A stretch of 63,724 nt of DNA, the filler included, from Bigelowiella natans CCMP2755 (taxonomy: Eukaryota > Protista > Cercozoa): assembly GCA_000320545.1 (NCBI GenBank). It is 9 parts of 9 records of this genome, joined end to end, with 100 filler letters (N's around TTAATTAATTAA, not from the genome) between each part and the next. Parts side by side here need not be neighbours in the genome. Positions count along the whole stretch, not along the records: positions 55,464 to 59,911 come from ADNK01001146.1; positions 60,012 to 63,724 come from ADNK01001363.1; 7 more parts are not named here. One strand, 5' to 3'. Positions 55,464 through 63,724 of the stretch are shown piece by piece. The notes beneath the pieces are model-generated. The model was given only the letters and a program-made list of their open reading frames with translations, did no database searches and had not been told where the DNA came from. Numbering within the stretch: the first letter of the stretch is position 1; the number at the start of each line of letters is the position of its first letter. Position numbers and translations under genes: made by a program.

Positions 55464-55741
55464 GACGTTAGCGTTGGCCTTCTCTACGAGGTACCGCACC
55501 GTATCAATACGTTCTTTGCAGCAGCCAACATGAGGGGTGTAGATCCACTGTTGTTCTTGGCCTCGACGTTAGCGTTGGCCTTCTCGACGAGGTACCGCAC
55601 CGTGTCAATATGGCCTTCCCTAGCAGCCAATATGAGGGGTGTCCATCCATCGTTGTCCTTGGCCTCGACGTTGACGCTCTTCGTTTCTACAAGGCGCCGT
55701 ACAACAGTGAGATCTCCAGCTTCCGCAGCTTTAAGTAGCCT
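55464..55741 (-). CDS. ankyrin-repeat protein exon (99-bp tandem repeat units, truncated by gap)
   Basis: RLLKAAEAGDLTVVRRLVE..VNVEAKDNDGWTPLILAAREGHIDTVRYLVEKANANVEAKNNSGSTPLMLAA. The DNA repeat units are near-identical; upstream exons are unresolved. Confidence 0.9.
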
Positions 55742-55977
55742 CTGGAGGGAGAGAAAATGGCAAAGAGACAAAATGTGTAACAACAGAAAGAATTCTGAAG
55801 ACATTTATGGAGAATGGTTCGGTAGGATTGAGAGAAGGAAGTAAAGCCAGAGAGTAATAGATGATCTATTTCGGTTACTATCCAAAATAGATGCATATTC
55901 ACAAGCAACAAGTTCAGCGTTTGTGATGGTGTGAAGATGGAATTTATCACCGTTCTTCCTCGATGTATTCATACAAT

Positions 55978-56016
<39 letters not shown>

Positions 56017-57261
56017 TATGTGTGTTTGTACGTGTGTATGATATACATATACATATATGCATGCACAATGTGCATATCGTTTTTCCGAATGGTATCATGG
56101 TTCTCATTCTATCGATTCTTGTCTTCTCTTCTTTTCTTCTTCCTCTCTCTCTCACTGTGTCGTGTCTGCACATGTGTTTGATGCCGATTGATGCCATTCA
56201 TGCTATTCACATGCAACAACTAGGATTTTTTTATATTCCCACTCATTCCATCAGGAAACGAGTAAGTAGCAGATGAAAATGCATCCTCCACTTCACACTC
56301 TTCGTCTTTTTGTCAATCAACTGTTTTGCTCTTTGTCCCCTTTTCTCTCTTCCTTTCCCCCCTGTACCTTCTCCTTCTCCTCCTTCGATTGGAACAACCA
56401 ACTAAACATGGTGCTGGTGAGAATGGATTTCGAGAATTGGTCAAACAGAATCTCGCTTCCTCACAATCAGGCCCATCTCCGGTGACAAAAACAGAATACA
56501 CAATCAACTGATCTGCGCAAATTAGAACAAAATCGAGCTTTGGGGCCTCGCAAATGACAAAAACACAGTGTTTCTGCGTGCCTTAAGCGCTGGGCGAGTA
56601 GTTGAGTTAGATCTTACTCACCCGCTCGCCTCGATTGAGTTGTTACCACCCTGTCGGCTTGATTCTTCTCCAAAATCAGGAAAGGAAAGAGCAGCACACA
56701 CGTAGTGTCGGTGCACCAACTCAATTCACAGTACATGTAGTGAGTGGCGGTGCTCGCAGGAAGGAACTCTCATCTTCAAATGTTGGCAATTTTGATAATG
56801 CGACATACCTTATTTCAAGATTTTGAGAGAGAATGTGGGAATTTCTGGCCGGTATTGCTACGAGCTCGTACGAGGATTTTGTCCTGGAATATGGCCATTC
56901 ATCAATTTAACTGTCTTGTCGCAAAATTTAAAAAAGCTCTTTGAAGGGAGATGTAATTTTTTAGGGCAAGCGCACAACTGCGACAATATCATTCCATTGC
57001 CGCAACATGAAAATTTCACAAACGCGGAACAGAATAAGAATGATTCATGAGGACAAGTCTCTCACTAACATTTGGCATATATTTATCTTGAGCGACAAAG
57101 TATTGGGTACGACAAAAAACGGCATGTGTTTTTACCTGGAGACCTCGTATAACTGCCGATTTATCTTGATGATTTTGTCCCCCCCAACATCTTCGTTCAA
57201 CGAAAATGATCCTTCTGGAGTTCTGAGAAATTGAGAGAGCTGAAGGGGGAGGAGGATAGGA

Positions 57262-59880
57262 ATGTCCGACTTACTGGCTACTGAAGGCGCTCTTCAAAAC
57301 TTGGGGGATGTGAATAACAACGAGGAGGAAGAGGAAGAGTTCAGAAATCGCACCCTGAAGCAAGTCGACGCGGTATGATATAATAATATGGATGTGTTTA
57401 ACAGAGTGCTGTAGGAATGATTTGATTGTGGGAGTAGGTTTTTATTTTGGGCGTGCGCGTGTGTGTTGTGCGTGAGAGAGAGGGGGGGGGATCAAGAGCG
57501 GGAGAAAGAGAAGGGAGAAAAAGAAGGGAGAAGTGTCAATTATCAAATGTGCTTGTTATTATACACATTATGTACTGATCTAGTACGTGACAGATACGCG
57601 AAATAGTGTGATAGTAAATCTATACATAATCAGCACATACACTGTATCATCCTCGGTTTTCAACATCATTATCGATTTCATCGTATCACTTTTACTCCTT
57701 CGGATGTGGGCATATCCTTCTGTGTAGGTAAATGAGGATTTAAAAAACGATCTGCTTTTTCACTATGAGACTGTGGAAGCAAAGATGGCAGCGATTAGCA
57801 ATGCGCCCTACTATTTACAAGGATATGACGGCTTTGATACACCGCGAACATTGAAGAAGAGGCAGAATTTAGAGACTCACCCGAAGATTATTAAGGCTAT
57901 AAAGCGTTTCTGGGATGTCTTTAAAGAGGGGGAGACTGAGAAGGAGTACATCAGTCAGGACGAGTAAAGATCAAACACAACATTAGATAACAGCATGATG
58001 GTGTGGAGATCACGATGTCGCCAAACAAGTAAAACAAACAAGGGCTAAGTTGTTTTTGCTATCTTTATTATGTGATATGAAAGGTATACGGAAGTGCACG
58101 TCCGCATGAACAAGGCTCTACGACGCGAAGTAAGCTTCGACCTCGACGATGCCAAGGCTATGGCTCTCAAAGACTTCGCCATGGACTCTTCAGAGAGCAA
58201 AATCTCCGGGCGCTTGGTAGTTGGGGGATTTGGGGGGTTGGGGGGGGGGGGGGGACTGTGTTGTTGCGGTCTCCGAAGACGTGTTCAAGAACGAACCATG
58301 AGATTCTCGTGTGCCTTTTTGATTCTCCCTTTTTCGGAAACCTTCTGGTTTCTTTCTGTTTTTGGGGTAATTTATCTAGGAGTTTAAGCCGTACTGCCGC
58401 TCGGTGTTCGTGCTCGCGGATCTGTGGACTGACTCCGTTGATCCCGAAGACTACGCCAACTTCCTTCAAATCCTCTTCTTCCGGATAACTCGCCCTCGGT
58501 CGGAGCTGGAGGGAGACGACGATGACTACAACCCTCCCACCTTCGACCTGGACAACATCGAGGTAAGCAACGCTGCGTGCATGGGGGTTCATTCGCGCGG
58601 CCAGGGAATATGAGGCCGATGGGTGATGATGGCGTGTTTGTGAGAGGAGGGTGCTTGAAGATTATCCCAACATCAAGATGTAGCGGAATGAATTCAATAT
58701 ATATGTAGAAAATGTATACATATGTTACAAAATAAAGATGTGAGATTGCCCGTAGCATCCATGGATGTTCCTGTTAGTCAAATGATTCTTTTTTTCTATC
58801 TCTCGCAGCTTTCGGACGAAGACGATGAGGGCGAGAGCCGACAATACAAGGATCTAAAGGATATAGTGCCTTTGGACGACGAGGACATCATGCACGAGTA
58901 TGTAGCTATATCGTCTATCACGCGTTGTATTATCTCATAATTATTGAATTTTCCTTTGAAATTTATTGCATGAAGCACTTCAACAAAAAACAACACGAAT
59001 CAGAACCTGTGCATCTCCAGAATATATTTCTCATCGCATCATTTTTCGTCACCGCACGCGCACTTATTCATGGACGTATACATGAGCTGTTTCCTCTTAT
59101 TGTGGGCTGCTACTATCTCACTAGGTATAATGGGATTGGAGGGTAAAAAGAGAAACAACTGCTAAGATAGCGTCGAGATAACAACGGATGATAACAATAA
59201 CGACGACGACGACTACGATGATGATGATTTTCCCCATCTTGCATGTCTTATTTCTTCCTCGCACCGCTTTCCTGCTCGCACAAAACCCCCATTCGACGTC
59301 GCTGCCTGCCATCCTCCTCATGATCGTCATCATCATTATCATCGTTGCGCGCTTATTGTCAATCATCATATACATCAGGAACCGGAGGGTGAAGAAACTT
59401 ATGATCGGCGACAGAGACCAGCTCGATATGTCTGCACGGGATCCTTCCACAATCTCCGCGCTAAATTCGACCCGGACGTACAGCAGCAGGGCTAATGGAA
59501 CAATGCGAGTTGCAGTTTCCCTGCGCTCAAAGTAAGGAGCACTGCGTCACGCACACCGACCAGCCAACCAGCCGAATGAATGCCTCCTCCCCTAGGAGGC
59601 TCTTTGTAAAGAATGGGGAAATCGAAGAAATTATCGACTGTTCCCCAATGCGTCACTTTCATTCCGATGTTGAGATTTTGTTCGTGGAAATGATAATAAT
59701 AATAATAATGATAATGATAATTAATATCACCAGATCTAGTTCTACCGGCCGGGGTACGCCGACGAAGGCTCAAGCACCAAACCTGACACCGAGCAACAGA
59801 CGGCAGAAACGAGAGCCTAAGATCATCGACAAGCGCTACGAGAATAGAACCGTTGTGGAAACCCAGAGCGTTTACGAGTG
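57262..59880 (+). CDS. hypothetical EF-hand-like protein, multi-exon, 3' end lost in gap
   Basis: Clean GT-AG chain: MSDLLATEG..|..YYLQG..TLKKRQNLETHPKIIKAIKRFWDV..ISQDE|YTEVHVRMNKAL..DF..D|..SVFVLADLWTDSVDPEDYANFLQILF, with acidic and S/T/R-rich regions. The EF-hand-like assignment is tentative. Confidence 0.65.
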
Positions 59881-60011
59881 AGGCTGATATTATATGCATG
59901 TGATTGGGGAANNNNNNNNNNNNNNNNNNNNNNNNNNNNNNNNNNNNNNNNNNNNTTAATTAATTAANNNNNNNNNNNNNNNNNNNNNNNNNNNNNNNNN
60001 NNNNNNNNNNN

Positions 60012-60361
60012 ATTTGCCCCAACGGTTATACAATGATTGTCCCTGCGCCTCTTGCTCCCACCTGGAAGAAGTAATACCAACGCGCAAAACGAAGCAAAAG
60101 AAAATGAGTACCCCCATAGAAAAACAAGGGAAGACGCTATCTACCGCTAGCGACGCACAACCACAAAACTGATCGAAGTGGAGAGAGAGAGAGAGGGAGA
60201 GAAAACAATTGGACTTCTATTTTCAAACAAATATCTACCCACCATCTCGGCCTTCCTTGGATCATGCTGTTGGAGAAGCTCTCCTGTAGCAAAATCAGTA
60301 CGAATCGGGTTGAAAAATGCGAGAGATTAAGACATCAACTTTCCTTCCTCCTCCCCTGAAG

Positions 60362-60409
<48 letters not shown>

Positions 60410-61310
60410 TTGCCCATTTATCTAGAAGGTAGGCAGGCAGGCAGGCAGGCAGGCAGGCGTTTGTTCGGCATGCGAGCACCTAGTCGAATTGCCGTTGCTC
60501 CTATCATTCCGTGGGAATCCCAGCATCTGCAGAAATAACAGACACGACAATTTCCGGTTCCTTACAAAAATGCTGTAAATAGCCCGATCGTTCACAGTGC
60601 AAGGCCCCTCCCCTCCCCCCCTTTTCTTCCCTGATAAGCATGCGCAGTGTGCATCATGTCTCGTGTCTAGTGATGGTTGCGCCTCCTACTCGATGCGGAA
60701 CAATGTCTCTTGCGACAGAACTCCGGAGAAACGGCTCCACGGGATGTTGATATCCTCCCTAGAAGGATGAAGACGAATCATATCATCAATAAGCCGTGGT
60801 TCATCAAGTCCTTATCAATATATTGCCCGTGCAAACACGCGAGGAGGAATTCGATGCGAAGGGGGTGGGGAGGGGGGGGGGGGGCGGAGAAGGCGTCAAT
60901 GTCGCCGTTGCTCAACCGAAACATACCACTCACAGAAGATCTCACTTTTATAAACGCGTTCGTGTCGATTACGAAAGGATTCAAAGGAGGGAGAATATCC
61001 CACCAAGCGACCAAAAACCAGATGCACAATGCACAGGCACACCAGTCGGGCGGGTTAGAGGGAAATCTCGTGAGAGATAGGAAGGCGATCACAGAGGCAT
61101 ATTCTCGCTAATATTGTCTTCTTAATGCACACGACATAATGCCGAGGAGGGTATGCGATGGTTATGGCATTGTGCTGCGCATACCATTGCACGCTACGGG
61201 ATTTCTTGGCTGAGACCGTTTGGTATATGATGGCCTGGGAACTCCCTGCGGTAGAAAGTAGGCACGTCTCAAATGAATGCTGTAAGAGAATGATTCTAGA
61301 ACATACACAT

Positions 61311-61344
<34 letters not shown>

Positions 61345-61647
61345 GTACACATGCATATTAACTATACAAAGGCTCAAGGACTACCAACACGGATGATGAT
61401 GTACGGATCTGGAGAGTTGTCCGCATCGTCGTTGTTACGATCGGTATCCTTGGTATAGCTCCCCTCCCCTCCCCCTCCGGAAGGGTCAGGTTTGCCTGTC
61501 ACCCCTGCCTTCTGCTCAAGCTGTTTCCGGGCTGCTCTCCAACCCTTTTTGGGCGCATTCGGCGAAGGAACTAGCCTCTGATAGCATCCATGGAAACGTA
61601 TATGCGTATAAATACATTTCGATAAAATGTTTTTAAAATATAATAAT

Positions 61648-61687
<40 letters not shown>

Positions 61688-61969
61688 CATCATTATATAT
61701 TCATTTGTATGCATATATCTTCTAGCATCTCTTGCGATGTGGGAAGGTCCACAAGATATGCACGTCACCCATGCTCTCAATAGCAGCAGCACTCCGGGCT
61801 GGAAATTTGCGGTCGGAGAGGAGACCCCACCTGCGATAAGGCATCACGCAAGGTCATTAGTACACACGTGAAGGCCCGGAGTCCTCGTCAATTTACATAT
61901 TATGAACATGCAAAACACACACACAAACCCTCATTCTCTCTATTTTTCTCTGTCTCCCTCCCTCTCTCC

Positions 61970-62020
<51 letters not shown>

Positions 62021-62332
62021 TTACACACATACACGCGTGCACACACGCATATACACTAATATACTCGCGTTTATCGAAAGCATGTACTGCACGGATAGGT
62101 ATAAAACGCATCGATTATTCACCGAAAAGCAGCGAACTACGAGAGAATGTGTTCTTGCGGCCCGAGCCAACCATCGGCATGAACCCGCCTTGAGGCCTAA
62201 AAAAGCAAGTGCAGGAGGTCCATTCGAGCACTAAATCATATATTTAGTGGAGACCACGGGGCTATTGTAGTGTAAGTGTATACGTGTGTATATGAGAGGG
62301 GGGGGGGGGGAGATGGAGAGAGAAAGAAAGAG

Positions 62333-62375
<43 letters not shown>

Positions 62376-62533
62376 GATTGCATACGCGTCGCCTATCCTA
62401 TGCACCAGACCTTGAATTGCGCTTGGTGAATTCTTGCAAGCTTTCCATGTTCAGAGCTGCGTGTTTTGGTGCGCGGAACGAAGTGTTGTCAGCGCAAATA
62501 AAAAGGAGGACACGCGCAAACCAATGCACAGGG

Positions 62534-62569
<36 letters not shown>

Positions 62570-63226
62570 CCAGCATTCGCCCCCACATTAAACCACTACC
62601 ACGCGCTTCCAGCTCGGGCTCTGCGGCACGGAAAGTCACCTAGCAAAAAATTTCCAAAAACCTACTCACTCATCTGCGGAGACCGCCGTTGCAAGATGGC
62701 AGGTCCTGTGTGGCGCAAGTGCGTGCTGCTTGTGCATCTTGCACGTGCACAAGCGGGTGAAATGATGGGGTGTGTTTTGGATGGATAGAGCTTTTCGGTT
62801 TTCAGGCAAAATAGAATAATAATATACCCGATATGGCCGATCCCCACTGGACGCCGCGTGCATCAAATGTGATAGAATGGACAACGATCTGTGGCGCAAA
62901 GTGGATTGCCGTGTTGAGTGCTCACTGATAAACGAGAATTCAAGGAAGGGCGATCTTGCCAGTGTCAGAAAATGCTCTTAAGAACAGCACGCATTACACA
63001 GATAAGCCTTTGCCCCGCGCGACAGATCGTTTCGAGATGCAAAAAATTGCTGCAAACCGCCGAAACTGTTGGCGGTGTTCGTTCTCACTCTTTTTTTGGG
63101 AAGTTAATTGTTAGCTGGGAGAGCGTACCCAACCCACACATCGCCGATTCTGACGACCCTCCAGCCCTTCTGCACGCCTGTGGTTGAGGGAAAAATGGTA
63201 TTAATATATTGACATACGCAATACTA

Positions 63227-63301
<75 letters not shown>

Positions 63302-63724
63302 ATATATAATATCAGTGTGCCTATTACTAAATGTTTTTTGTATATAACATTACTGTATCTATAATATTACAAGGAGATTTCTGTGGCGGAAAGACTCATT
63401 GCAGGCAGATGCATATCACAGTGTCGCTCGGTTTCCCCCCCTCCCCCCCCTCCCCCCGTTCCCTCCATAACGAACGTGCTGAATCGCGAAATGGGATCGA
63501 ATAAATCACCTCGTACGTCCGCAATCCCACCCTTCTCAAGGCTCGAGACTCTCATATTCTCCTCAACCGTCATCCCGGTGTCCATCCCGGGCGGAAAGTA
63601 CACGCGGCGCTCTTCCCTTATACGCGTTCTTGGTAGCGCGACACGTATCCCTGTAAGGTCAAATGTCCAACGAGTTAGGTATTGTTGGTTTGGTCAGTGC
63701 GCGAGCGCAGGCTCCGTGTCTGTG
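60012..63724 (-). CDS. hypothetical multi-exon gene(s), partial
   Basis: Exon-like minus-strand blocks between microsatellite introns (IRVALPRTRIREERRVYFPPGMDTG...; RLVPSPNAPKKGWRAARKQLEQKAG...; NPPDWCACALCIWFL...). No recognisable domain. Confidence 0.4.

Noticed and set aside
55500-55520. Frameshift in the second full ankyrin repeat (AAAKN|RIDTVRYL)
   Set aside because: A single-base loss within ~50 nt of a contig end; a base-calling error is as likely as pseudogenisation or programmed frameshifting.

Overview
Intron-rich eukaryotic nuclear scaffold, most likely a chlorarachniophyte-type alga. This is inferred from three genes with bipartite signal peptide + transit peptide leaders; the species cannot be fixed from the sequence. 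It is nine contigs joined by eight 100-nt N/TTAATTAATTAA/N linkers. About 19 spliced genes can be reconstructed by eye. They include a GH89 alpha-N-acetylglucosaminidase, an intronless plastid FabG, a plastid-targeted TauD/clavaminate-synthase-like dioxygenase, a MATE-like membrane protein, PhLP3/TXNDC9, a Nudix hydrolase, a CAMK-group kinase, a DeSI/PPPDE peptidase, FAM210/DUF1279, ALDH12-type P5C dehydrogenase, an SH3 + EF-hand protein, MCU, a PAP2 phosphatase, an ankyrin protein and several hypotheticals. Most introns carry microsatellites, so most ORFs in the supplied track are spurious. The most unusual signal is compositional. A ~1 kb decayed, gag-like segment (5285-6279) has lost every TpA except those inside CTAG. 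CTAG/GCTAGC-rich tracts also recur downstream of gene 3' ends, while (TA)n is abundant in introns. This suggests, by inference only, a domain-specific TpA-targeting DNA modification or mutagenesis system that spares CTAG. Exon boundaries and motif counts were made by hand and are approximate.
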